A stretch of DNA of 64,000 nt from Scenedesmus sp. PABB004 (Eukaryota). Positions 40,518 through 59,920 of this stretch are shown here, piece after piece. The notes under the pieces are model-generated. The model had not been told where the DNA came from and ran no database searches. It was given only the letters and a program-made list of their open reading frames with translations. The DNA lies in contig JABVCE010000016.1 of NCBI GenBank assembly GCA_014905635.1, positions 744,001 to 808,000 on the forward strand. The letters run 5' to 3'. Each line of letters opens with the position of its first letter. The first letter of the stretch is position 1. A program made the translations under genes and the position numbers.

Positions 40518-40836
40518 GATGAGGGGCCGCGCCGCCGGGAGCCCCGGCTCGCAGTTGATCACAGCCCAATCGCCTCGCCGCCGCTTTTGGTCTGGCGCGG
40601 CGCCCGCCGCTTTCGGTTGGCTGGCCGCTCTGGCACTCGCTCGCGCACAGGCGCGCAGCGGCCCCGCCGCCGCTCCGAGCCCGCTCAGGCGGGCGGCAGC
40701 ACGCCGCGACGGGGCAGGCGCCAGAGCCAACACACTCAACACATGCACATGTCACGGGCGTCGCGAGCAGTGAATCGTCAAAGGGATGGTCGGAGCCTGC
40801 CGTGCCCGAGCAGGGAGGGGCCCTGCGCACGTCACG

Positions 40837-43088
40837 TCAGCAGAAGCCCTTGATGGCAGTGCCGAGGGCTGCGTCCTTCACGTTGGCGCTCAGCCCGCCG
40901 CTCGGCGCCTGGAAGTAACCCCGCCGGCTCGGGCCCGCGCCCTTCCAGAGCGCCGGCACGCAGCCGGCGAGGGCCTGGTTGTTGAACAGCGTGCTGCGGC
41001 GGGGCGCGGCGCGGGGGCTCAGCGCGCAGGGGCGCAGGGCGCGAGGCCGGCCACGGCGCGGCGGCGACGCGCGCGCGCGCGGCGCGCACATCGTCGCGAG
41101 CTGGCGCATGCCGCCCCACTCGCGCGGCACGCTGCCGGCGAGGCGGTTGTTATTGAGCTTGAGGGTGTGCAGCGCCGACAGGCCGCCCCAGGCCGGCGGC
41201 AGCGGGCCCGAGAGCTGGTTGTACGCCAGCGACCTGCGGGGAGGGGCGCGGCCGGCCGCGCGTGGGCGGGCGGGCGTGCGTGCGTGCGCGCGTGCTGCAA
41301 GCCCCATCGAGGGCAGGGAGAGAGGATCGCCATCAGAGCGCGGCAGCCGCGGCGCCGCCGGCGCAGCGGCGCTGGCGGGCGGCTCACAGCATGCGCAGCG
41401 TCGTCATCGCGCCCCATGCCGGCGGCAGCGGCCCTGAGAGCAGGTTGTCGTTCAACAGCCTGCGGGGAGCGGCGCGGCGGCGCGCCAGGTGAGAGCCCGC
41501 GCAGCGCGGCCGGGCGGCCGCGCAGCCGTCAGCGCCGCGCGCGCGCGCGCGCGCACAGCTCGACGGGCTGCAGCGTGACGCCCCAGTCGGCGGGCAGGGG
41601 GCCCCTGAGCAGGTTGCCGCCCAGGAAGCTGCGGGGGCGCGGCGGGGGCGGGGGCGGGGGCGGGGCCGCGTGCCGCGTCAGCGGCGGCGGGCCGCGCCAG
41701 CGCTGCGCGACGCGTGGCGCGCCGCGCGGCGCTGCGCACATGTGTGTGAGGTGGGGCAGCGCGGCCATGACGGTCCCGGGCGGCAGGCGGCCCTCGAGGC
41801 CCAGGTAGACCATGTTGAGCCTGAGAGGGGCGGGGGGAGGGTTGGTTTATTGTTATGTGATGTTTTGCATTCATTTGATCATCAAACGGGTGGCTGCCGG
41901 CGCCCAGGGCGCCGGCGCCCGGGCGCAGGGGCGGCCGCCGCCGCGGCGAGCGCGCGGGGGTCCCCGCACCGCACGACGCTCTGGTTGGCGTCGCAGGTGA
42001 CGTAGACCCAGGAGCAGTGCGTGACGTCGCTGGTCCAGCTCTTGAGGACGGCGCCCTTGGGGTCGACTGCCCGCTTGAAGTCCAGCAGCGCTGCACGGCA
42101 GGGGGCGGGGCGGCGGGCTCGGCGGGCGAGCGGCCGGCCGCGGGCGCGCCGCGCGGTGTGCGCCAGCGCCGCACCCTGCTTCTGCTGCACCGGCGACACC
42201 AGGGGGCGCGCCGTGCTGGCGGCGGGCGCGTTGGCGGGCCGCGGCGCGGGCCGCGGCACGGGCACCGGCCCCGCAGGCCGCGGCGCGGCAGGGCGCGGCG
42301 CGCCTGGCTGCGGCACGGGCACCGACGCAGCTGGCCGCGGCGCGGGTGGCCGCCGCGCGGGCACCGGCACGACGGGCCGCCGCGGGGACGCGGGCGCTCG
42401 CGGCTGCGCCGCCGGCGCCATCCGCACGGGCTGCGGCCGCCGGCCGTCTGCGGAAGGGGGCGAGGGGGGGGGGGGGCAGGCAGCGCGCGGCGCACGGTCA
42501 GCCCCGGCGGCACCCTGACTCACGCCGCCACGTCACGCGCGCGCCGCGCCCCACCCCCGCCCGCGCCCGCGCCGCGCGGCGCCGCGCACCGCGGCCGCAG
42601 AGCAGCACGCTGCGCCCGCCGAGCGGCTCGTCGGGCTCCGCGATGCTGCCCTGGTTGTCGCGCAGCACGTCGGCATAGCTCAGGCCAAAGAGCGCGGCGA
42701 CGCGCGAGAGCGTCTCGTTGCCGCTGCCCTCGTACACCACGCAGTTGCTGGCGCGCGCGGGCGTGAGGGCGGGGAACAGCCAGCCAAACGGGGAGGACCC
42801 CAACAGGCCACCCGTCGCTGGCCCGCCCGTCGCCGGCGCGTCCGCGCCGCCCGGCGCGACGACGGCGGGCGCGCCGCCCGCCGGCGCCGCCGGCTGGAGG
42901 AGGCCGCCCGTCAGCGCGCCCAGCAGGGCGCCGCCGCCGCCGCCGCCGCCGGGCGGCTCGCCCGGCGCCGCCGCCACGCCCGGCGACAGCAGGCCGCCCA
43001 GGAAGTCTAGCTGCCCCGCCGCGCGCTGCGCCGCGAGGAGGAGCAGCAGCGGCAGCAGGCAGCGCCGGGGCGCCCCGCGCGCCCGCAT
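40837..43088 (-). CDS. Secreted protein: signal peptide, Gly-rich region, LysM domain, Pro-rich linker, LRR N-cap and plant-type extracellular LRRs; 8 exons
   Basis: CLLPLLLLLAAQRAAG; CVVYEGSGNETLSRVAALFGLSYADVLRDNQGSIAEPDEPLGGRSVLLC; ALLDFK..LKSW..HCSWVYVTC; LxxNxLxGPLPxxW repeats; LAGCVP. Confidence 0.85.
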
Positions 43089-43433
43089 TGCGGCCTGGGC
43101 GGCCAGGGGGCGACCTGGCCGAGTGCTGCTGCTCGGAGCTGCTGGATCCGCGGTCACCCGCCGGCCGCGGGCCGGGTGAGACGGCCGTGAGCAGAAGGGA
43201 GTCGGCAAGCGTCCTTTTGCGCGGGCGGTCGGCGGCGGACACGCGTTCGGCGGCGGCGTGCGGCCGCGGCGCTGTCGCGTCGTCGTCACTGCCCGGCCGG
43301 CTGCACGTCCCTCGCTCAGCCGCTGCCGTCGGAACGACGCCACGCAGAACGCTCCACCGCGACCAGCCGAGCCCCGCTCACTCTCTCCTGTGCTGGCGCA
43401 CCCGCCGCCGCTGCTGCCGCTGCTGCCGCCGAG

Positions 43434-45280
43434 ATGGCGCTCCCAGGAGGAGGCGCCCCGCGCGCCCCGCGGCCCTTCAAGCTGGAGCGGTTCTTCGCCA
43501 AGTACGAGTTTGCGGCGCCGCACCTCATGTGCTGCTCCGACTGCGAGCCGCTGCCCATGGCCGAGCTCCTCGCGGCGGCGGACGCCGACTCCCTGGCACG
43601 GTGCGGCGCGCGGGCCACCGCAGCCGCGCGCACGCCCGGCGGCGGCGCCGGCTGACGGTCGGCGCGCCGCGCGCCGCGCGCCGCCCGCAGCTGGTCCAGC
43701 CTGCGCCTGGCCTACACCGAGAGCCAAGGCCTGCCGGTGCGCGCCGCGCAGGCCGCGCAGCGGGCCGCGGCCGCGCGGCGGGCCGCGGCCGCCGGCGCGG
43801 GTGGCGGGGGCGGTGCGCGCGCGCGCGCCGACCCGGTCGCCGCGCCGCGCGGCAGGCGCTGCGCGAGGCCATCGCCGGGCTGTACGAGGGCGTGTTGCCG
43901 GAGCAGGTCGTGGTCTGCGTGCCCGAGGAGGGTGAGCCGGCGGCGGCGCACGGCGGCGCGCGGCGCGCCCCGGCGCCGCTCCGCGCCAGGCCAGCGCGTG
44001 GCTCGCGCGTCGCGCGCCGCGCCGCTCGTGCGCCCATAATGCCCGTGCGTCCCGCCCGTGCGTCCCGCCCGTGCCCTGAACCCTGCCGCCCGCGGCGCCC
44101 CAGGCATCTACCTGACGATGCGCGCGCTGCTGCGCCCGGGGGACGAGATTGTGGCGCCGTCGCCCTGTTACCAGTCGCTGCACGAGCTCGCCGAGGCGGC
44201 GGGCTGCACGCTGTCGGAGTGGACGCCACGAGCCGCGGGCGGGCCGGGCGGCGGCGGGCGGCTCGAGTTTGCCGTATCCGACGTCCTCCCCCTCATCACC
44301 CGGCGCACGCGGCTCGTGGTGGCCAACTTCCCGCACAACCCCTCGGGCGCGACGCTGCCGGCCGAGGACTGGGCGGCCCTGGTCGCGGCCTGCCGCGCCG
44401 CGGGCTGCTGGCTCATGTCGGACGAGATGTACCGCGGCCTCGGTGAGTAGCGAGGCCACGCGCGCCGCCGTACCAGCACTCGCGGCCACGAGGGTCCTCC
44501 GCTGCGCTGCGCCGCGCCCGGCCCCTGCTCCGCACCGCGCCGCACACCCGCCGCCGCGTCCGCCGCAGAGGCGCCGCCGGCGGCGCCGCTGCCGTCTGGC
44601 GTCGAGTACGAGCGGGGCATCGTGCTGGGCGGGCTGAGCAAGGCCTGGGGCCTGCCCGGGCTGCGGCTCGGCTGGCTGGTCAGCCAGGACGCGGCGGTGC
44701 TGCAGGACGTGCTCACGTACAAGGACTATACGACGATTTGCTCCCCAGCCCCGAGCGAGGTGCGGCCTGGGTGGCTCACTGCGGCAGACGGCAAGGGAGC
44801 GCCTCGTTTGATTGCTGCGCCCCGCGGCGCCGAGGGCGCGCGCCGGTCGCGCTGTGCGAGCGCGCCGCCGCGCCTGCCCGCCGTGCGCGCGCGCGCGCGG
44901 CGCAGGTGCTGGCGCTCGCGGCGGTGCGCGCGACGCCGGCGCTGCAGGCGCGGTGCCGGCGCATCATCGCGGCCAACAGCGAGGCGGCGGAGCCCTTCTT
45001 TGCGCGCTGGCGCGACGTCTTTGACTGGGCGCCGCCGCAGGCGGGGCCGATCGCGTTCCCCCGCCTCGCCACGGGCGAGGACGCCGAGGCGTGGTGCGAC
45101 ACGCTCGTGCGCGAGGCCGGCGTGCTGCTGCTGCCCGCCGCGGCGTATGAGAACTGCCCGCCCGCCGCGCGCGACCGCGTGCGCGTCGGCCTCGGCCGCG
45201 CCGACTTCCCCGCGTGCCTCGCGGCGCTCGAGCCCTGGCTGCAGAAGCGCTACCGCAGCGGCGGCGGCGGCGGCCCCTGA
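43434..45280 (+). CDS. PLP-dependent aminotransferase class I/II (capreomycidine synthase/VioD-like subfamily), 6 exons
   Basis: FKLERFFAKYEF, LAYTESQGLP, NFPHNPSG, SDEMYRGL, GLSKAWGLPGLRLGW (PLP Lys), RVGLGR. Confidence 0.88.
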
Positions 45281-45415
45281 CGCCGCGCAGCACGGGCGCG
45301 GAGGCAAACTGGGGGGGGGGGGCGAACTTTGGAGGGAGCGAACTTCCTGGTGACAAATGACAAAGACGAGCACGCTGCGGCGCCACGCTCCGCCGCGCAC
45401 GCGCCGTCGGCGCCG

Positions 45416-53548
<8,133 letters not shown>

Positions 53549-54934
53549 TTCGACGCCGCTGCTGCTGCTCGCCCGGCGCCGCCGGCGCTAGGGCGCGGCG
53601 TGGGCGCGGCGCATGCCCGCAACGGCCGCGGGCTGCACGTGCGGGCTCGCCCGCCGCGCGGCGGCGCGGATGGGCGGGCGGGGAGTTGTCGCGCGGCGCG
53701 AGCAGTCGCCGCCGGCGTGGGCGCTGCAGCTGGTTTGTGGGCGCGCTTGCTGTGCGCGCAGATGCTTGGCCACTGTGGGCTGCACCAGGGCGGAGGACGC
53801 GGCGGAGGACGACGCGAGCTGCGGCGCCGCGGTGCAGCGCAAAGCCCTGATTTACACACGCAATGAGAGAAGCACGCATGGTCCGCGGCGCACGCCGGCG
53901 GCTTGATTGATTGGGCCCAAGCAGGCCGAGAGAGCGCCCAGGATGGGCAGCGCACGAGCCGAGCGGAGAGAGACGACGAGACAAGACACACACACAAGCG
54001 AGGCGCACGCTGCGGCGCGCGCGGCGGCGAGGCGCCGCCGCGGCGCTTTGTTTGCCTATGCCGCCGTTGGCTGCGGCAGCGCGCCTCGCCCAACGCCCGC
54101 ATGTGCAAACAGCCCCGAGCGAGCCCTCCGCACGCAGTTGAGGCGGCGCGGGACAAAACGGCCGGCGCCGCGCGCGCGGGCCGCCCAACGACGGCGCGCG
54201 CGCCGGGGACGCCGAACTCACGCTCCTCGCTCTCTGGCGCCTTGCACCCACACGCGAGGGGGAGGCAGGTGGAGGAGCTGGGGAAAAAAGCGCACCGCGC
54301 GGCCCGCGCCGCGCGCGCGAGCAGGTCAGGGCCGGAACGGCCGAACGGCCGGGCCGTCGCGGCCGGGCGGGCATGCGGCGCTGCTGGTGCAGCGCCCAGG
54401 GGCATGCCCGCAGCGCGGCACGCGCGGCGTGGGTGTGTGCGCCAACGACCGGCGCCGCCAATCGGCGCTAGACGCAGCAGTGGGTGCTGCTACTGCTACT
54501 GCTGCTTGCCTGGCTGGCGCAGGGCGCCGTGAACTCCCTTCTCGCATGCACACGCTCGCATGGCGCCGCCCTCCTCGCGAACGCCACACGCACACACACA
54601 CGCGCGCGCGCGAGCACGCGCGTCGGGCGGCACGCCGCTCCTGCGTCGCGTGCCGCGACGATGCCCGGGACAGCAGTTCAGCTAGAGACAGAGACACACA
54701 AGGGTATACAGTGCGCCAGGCGCAGGTCGCCGGGCCCGAAAATCTGTGCGCGCGAGGCGCCGGCGGCGTGCGCGAGCGTCCGGCGTGGGCTGGGCAGCGC
54801 GCCGCCAGCAACAATACAGGTCCTTGACGCCCCGGCCGGCCGCGCCGCGCCTCGCGAGGCGCGGCGGCGGTGGCGGCCGGGCCCGCGCGGCGCCGCGAAT
54901 GCCGCGGCGCCCGTGCGCGGCCGGCGGCGCGGCG

Positions 54935-55841
54935 TCACGCCGCCGTGAGCAGCAGCTGGTGGTGGTCCGACGCCGGCAGGTGCGCCGTGTGCGCGGGCTG
55001 CATGTCCAGGCCGCTGGCGGTGAGGATGAGCTCCTTGAAGCGCTCGAGGTAGTCCTGCGAGGCGGCGCGCGCGCGAGGCGGCGGCAGCAGCGGCGGCGGC
55101 GGCGGTTGGCCGGCCGCCCCGCGCGCGCGCGCGCGCTGCGCCCGCACGCCCAGCAGGGTGCCCCCGTGCCGACGCAGGGGCGGCGGCGGCGGCACGGGGC
55201 CGCGCGTGCGCGTGCAGGCCAGGCGCGTGCGCGCACCTCGACGTTCAAGAGGTGCACGAGCCGCAGGTCGTAGCTCTGCCGCTTGCTCGAGTCGGCGAGC
55301 ACTGCGCGCGGCGCGGGGCGCGCAGGTGAGGCGGCGCGCGCCAGGGGGCGCCCGGGCGGGCATGGTGGCAGCGCGGCGGCGCCGGCGCGGGCCGGCGCGG
55401 CGCCAACAGCGGCGGGCGCGGCGGCGCACCCTCGTAGGCCTCCTGAATCTGCTGGAACCGCCGCTTGGCCAGGTCGTCCCCGCGATGCCGGTCAGGGTGC
55501 CATTGCTGCGGCGCGGGCGCGCCGCGCGCGTGAGGGGCGGGCAGTCGGAGCCAGGCGCGGCCCAATGGGGGGCCCCTGCCGCCGCGCGCCCGCCAATCCG
55601 GGCCCGCTCGCCAGCCCTGCGCCTGCTCACCCTTGCCAGCCGGCGGTAGGCGGCCCGGATTTCCGTCTCCGGCGCCTGCGGGGGCGGGCGGCCGGGCGAG
55701 GCGTGAGGCGGGGCGCCCTCGCCGCCGCGAGGCCGTGCCCGGCCCGCCGGCGCTCGCCCCGCGTGCGCCGCGCGGCGCGCCACCCACCGTCAGCGCCACG
55801 CCCAGCACAGCGTAGAGCGTAGGGCTCGCGGGGCCCGCCAT
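54935..55841 (-). CDS. Small J-domain (DnaJ type III) protein, 5 exons
   Basis: TLYAVLGV, EIRAAYRRLAR|QWHPDR, RFQQIQEAYE|VLADSSKRQSYD. Confidence 0.92.
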
Positions 55842-56216
55842 GCTGGCGTCGACGGGGGCGCCCGGCCCGCGCCCACCGGGCAGGCTCCACGACCGGCTGG
55901 GCTGCTGGGTCCGCCGGCGCCGAATGACGACGCGCTGAAGGGGGTGGTGGGGTCGCGTCCTGCGGCCGAGACGGTGGCCGCTCCTGCGCGCGAAGCCGGC
56001 GCGGTGCGCTCGGGGCCCGAACACGCGGGTCGCTGCTCGAGTCGGACGGAAGGCTGGGACTGGGGCGGCGGCGGCGGCGGCGGCGTGGTGGGCCGCCGGC
56101 GGCGCGTTCGGTGGCTGCGACGCGGCGGCGCTGTGCCCTCGCGATCACGCGTCGCCGGCGGCCCGCGCGTTCGGCGTCCCCGACCACCAGCGCCAGCTTA
56201 CTCGCTCTCAACGTTG

Positions 56217-57526
56217 TCACAGCTGCGCGCGCGGGCCGCCGCCGCTCGCCGCGGGCGCGCGCAGCCGCCCCGGCGCAGCTGCACCGCGGCGGCGGTGATG
56301 GCGAGCGCGCCGCGGTCGACGACGCGCGTGACAAACACCACGCGGTCGCCCGGCTCCGCCCACATCTCCACCGCGAGCGTCTCGCCGGGGACCACGGGCG
56401 CGGCAAACCGCGCCTTGACGCTCGCCACGGCGCCGGGGTCGTCGCCGCCAAACGCGGCCAGCGCCTGCCGCACGCTGATGCCCAGGGTGCACAGCCCTGC
56501 GCGCGCGCGCGAGGGCGGGGGTGGCGCGGCGGCGGCCGCTCGCCGGCGGCCCACGCCGCGCGCGCCCGTGCGCACCGTGCAGAATGGGCGTGTCAAAGCC
56601 GGCGCGCCGCGAGACCTCCGGGTCGATGTGCAGCGGGTTGGCGTCGCCGCTCAGCCTGGCGGCGTCGGGGCGTGCGCGGCAGCGTCAGGGCGTGCGCGGC
56701 GGGCGGCGCGCCGCCGGCGCGGGTGGGTCGCCGCGGGCGCGGCGCGGCGCAACGAGCCCACCTGTAGAGCGCGGCTTGTTCCCGGCTGGTCGTGACGGTG
56801 CGCACCGCGTCGGGCGGCCGCGGCGGCGGCGCGTTGGTGGCGGTCGCGGCCGCGGGGCGCGGCAGCGGCGACGCCGCGCCCTCGAAGCCGCCCGCGCGCA
56901 GCACATAGGTGGTGAACTCGTTCACCGCGACCTCCGCGCCGCTGGCCGCGTCGGTGGTCACCGTGCGCAACACGACGACCGCGCCGCGCGCCTTGCTCTG
57001 CGGCGGCGGCAACGCGTTTGGCGCAGGGCGGCGCGCGCCGCGCCCGCGCGCCCTGGCCCACCTGCACGTCGACGACGCGCGCGCGCGTGACGAGCGTGCC
57101 CGCCGGCGGCAGCGGTGCGCGCAGCTCGAGGTAATGCTCCCCGTGCAGCGCGCGCGCGCGGTCGTAGCCCGGGATCCAACGCTCCAGCGGCACGCACATC
57201 GCGAGCGGGTGCGCGGGGATGACCGCAAACGTCGGCAGCGGCGCAAAGCCGTCGGCGCACTCATATACGTACCTGCGCGCGCGCGCGCGCGGGCCGCGGC
57301 GGCGGCGGCGGCGCGCGAGCTGGCGGTCGTCCGGCCGCGCTGCGACCGCCGGAGCCGGGCGCCCGGCGGCGCGCGAGCAGCAGCGAGCGGCGCACTTGAG
57401 GTCGTCCACGCCGCAGCCGACGCCAAGCGCATACAGCGCCAGGTCCCGCTCGCTGTACTCGTGCGTGTGCGGCGCCAGCTCCGCCGCCATGAGCGCCGCC
57501 ACGGGCTCCACGGCCCGCGGCGGCAT
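56217..57526 (-). CDS. ECH2: Peroxisomal enoyl-CoA hydratase 2 (MaoC double hot-dog fold), 5 exons
   Basis: [58 protein letters not shown]. Stop at 56217 (ending RAQL) if the run at 56268-56271 lacks a base, otherwise 56198. Confidence 0.93.
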
Positions 57527-58065
57527 CGCGCCGCGCGGCAGGCCCCCCGCCGCTGCGGCCGCAGCGCGCGTGCGCTGCTGCCGCTGCGCCGCGCGTGCGC
57601 TGCTGCCGCTGCGCCGCGCGTGCGCTGCTGCCGCTGCGCCGCTGCTGCTGCCGCTGCCGCTGTCGCTGCTGCTGGTGCTGACGCGCGCACGCAGCCGGGG
57701 CGGCGCGCTGGGGGGCGCGCGCTGCGGCTGGCGCGCACCGGCGCACGCCGCTGCTCGCGCTGGCAGCGGCCGGTCGGCGCCGGCGCTGCTGCTGCTGCGC
57801 GGCAGACGCTGGTCGCGCGGTCGTCTGTGGCGCGCGATGCTGAGAGGGAGAGGCGACGCCTCTTCGCGGCGCCGTCGCGTCGTCACCGTCATTCGTCAGC
57901 GGCGGTCCGCTGGCCACCCCACGCGCGACCAGGGCAGTCGCACGCAGACCCACGCCAGCCACGCCGGGACGCCGCCCAGCCCGCCCTGCCGCCGCTCGCG
58001 ACGACGCCCGCTCGCCGCCGCGCGCCGCCTGCAAACGCCATCTTCTCCCTCGACAGGGAGGCACG

Positions 58066-58390
58066 ATGATGTGCATCGAGATCGGGAGCAACAACCCGTG
58101 CCGGTGCGAGACCGTTGCCGCAGCGCGCGGGAGCTGCGGCTCGCAGCTCCCGCGCGGGAGCTGCGAGCCGCAGCGCGCGCGGCACGCGCGACCAACGGCC
58201 CCCGCCCGCCCGCGCGCGCAGCTGCAAGGTTCTCGGCCCGACGCTGGGCCTGGTCGTCGGCGCCGTCGCCGCGGTCTTCGCGTGGCCGGCAGGGGTCCTG
58301 GTGTGGGTGTGCTCCCGCTCCGCCTCGCGCCGCGCGTTCGGCCTGCCCTACGAGACCTACGTCGGCGTGAAGAGGGGCATCCCGATCTGA
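58066..58390 (+). CDS. Small 68-aa Cys-containing hydrophobic peptide (possibly TAXIMIN-like), 2 exons
   Basis: Exons 58066-58103 and 58222-58390 join in frame: MMCIEIGSNNPCRCKVLGPTLGLVVGAVAAVFAWPAGVLVWVCSRSASRRAFGLPYETYVGVKRGIPI, with G/C-ending codon usage typical of the real exons here. Confidence 0.75.
58124..58174. repeat. Overlapping inverted repeats (15-bp stem hairpin and 42-bp perfect palindrome) inside an intron
   Basis: 58124-58138 pairs with 58142-58156; 58133-58153 is the exact reverse complement of 58154-58174. Confidence 0.9.
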
Positions 58391-58444
58391 AGGAGGATTG
58401 AGTTGAGACCTGTTCAAACCAACAGGCATCCCACGCCAGGGCCT

Positions 58445-59552
58445 CTACGCCTTTTTGTACACCGTGTCCGCCGCGCCGTCCTTGGCCGCCTGCGCAGGCG
58501 CCGCGCGCGCGCGCGGGCGCCGGCGGGCGGCGGCGCGGTCGCGGCCTGCGCGCCGGGCGCCCAGGGGCGCGCCGAGGCGGGGGCGGCGCGCCGCGCCGGG
58601 CTGCTGCGCCGGGGCTGCCCGCCCGCCCACCCACCGCGTGGCGCGCGGCTGTGAAGAGGTAATCGCTCAGGCGGTTGAGGTACACGCCCACCTGCCCGCG
58701 CGCCGCGGCCAGGCGCACGGGCGCACAGCGCCGTGGGCGGCGCGCGCCCGCGGCCAGCGCCCGGCAGGCGGGCGGGCGCGGCGACGGCGTGGGGGCGGCG
58801 CGCGACGCACCTGCGCGTCCACCGCCTCGTCGCGCACGAGCGGCACGACGCTGCGCTCGGCGCGGCGGCAGACCGCGCGCGCGAGGTGCAGCAGCGCCGC
58901 CGCGCGGCCGCCGCCGGGCAGGATGAAGTTGCGCAGCGGGGGCAGGCCGTCGTCCAGCGCGTCCAGCCACGCCTGCGGGCGGCCCCCGGCCCCGCTCGGC
59001 CGGTGCCCGCTGGCGCGGCTGGCGCGCGCGCGGCGACGGCCCGCCGCCGCACGCGCGGCGCACCTCGAGCTGCGGCGCCGCGTCGGCCGCAAACGCGACG
59101 CGCGCGAGCTTGACCTCCGACGAGCTGTCGGCGGGCGTGGCGATCGCGCTGCCCACGTCCAGCAGCCGCGACTGGATGGCCTCCAGCTGCGCGCGGCGGG
59201 GGCAGGGCGGCGCCCATGAGCGCCGGCCGCGCCGCGCCGCCGCCGCCGCCGCCCGCGCCGCCCGCGCGCCTGCTCCTGCAGCGGCGCGTGCAGCTCGGCG
59301 CAGAACTCTCGCGCCACGCCGACCGCGCTGTTGAGCTCGTCCACGTCGCCCAGGGCGTGGAAGGTGGCGTCGTCCTTGGGCCGCCGCGCGCCGTTGTACA
59401 GCGCGGCGCTGCCCTTGTCGCCGGTGCGCGTATAGATGCGGAACCTGCCGCGGCGCGGGCACGTGGTGCCCGCTCAGCAGCGCGCGGCCGCTCCAGGGGA
59501 CCCCCCAGCCGCGCAGCGCCGCCCTCACTTGGCGCTGTCGCTCGCCATGGCC

Positions 59553-59597
<45 letters not shown>

Positions 59598-59677
59598 AGC
59601 GCGTGCCGCGCTGCTGCCTGCTGGCGGCTGAAAAGGATCAGGCGGGCTGCCAGGGAGACAGAAGGCGCCGAGAGCAT
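58445..59677 (-). CDS. MMAB: Cob(I)alamin adenosyltransferase, PduO/MMAB type, with a mitochondrial-like presequence; 6 exons
   Basis: [69 protein letters not shown]. Confidence 0.95.
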
Positions 59678-59920
59678 GCGCCAGGAGCGGGGCGTGCGGG
59701 CGTGGGGGGCGGCAACGGAGCGGAGCAGCGGACCGCCGGCGAACGAGTGGTGCTGCTGGCTACTGCGGCGTTGGCCGCGGCGCGCTGGACGTGTCACGGA
59801 GCGCGCTGTCCTGTGACGCGCTGCAGAGCGCGGCTGTCACTCGTGCGCGCGGGGCCCAGCCGCCGCTGCACCAAAACGCCGCCGCCCGCTCGCTCGCCGC
59901 CGCCATGCCCGCCGCGGCCG

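Noticed and set aside
41822..41900. AT-rich intronic patch with TGATGA on the minus strand, possible C/D snoRNA
   Set aside because: No downstream CTGA D box or terminal stem within the intron; probably ordinary branch-region sequence.
53550..54930. 1.4-kb stretch without a recognised gene
   Set aside because: Consistent with the DnaJ 3' UTR (minus-strand TGTAA at 53852-53856) plus the VPS15 promoter and 5' UTR; no convincing exon chain found.
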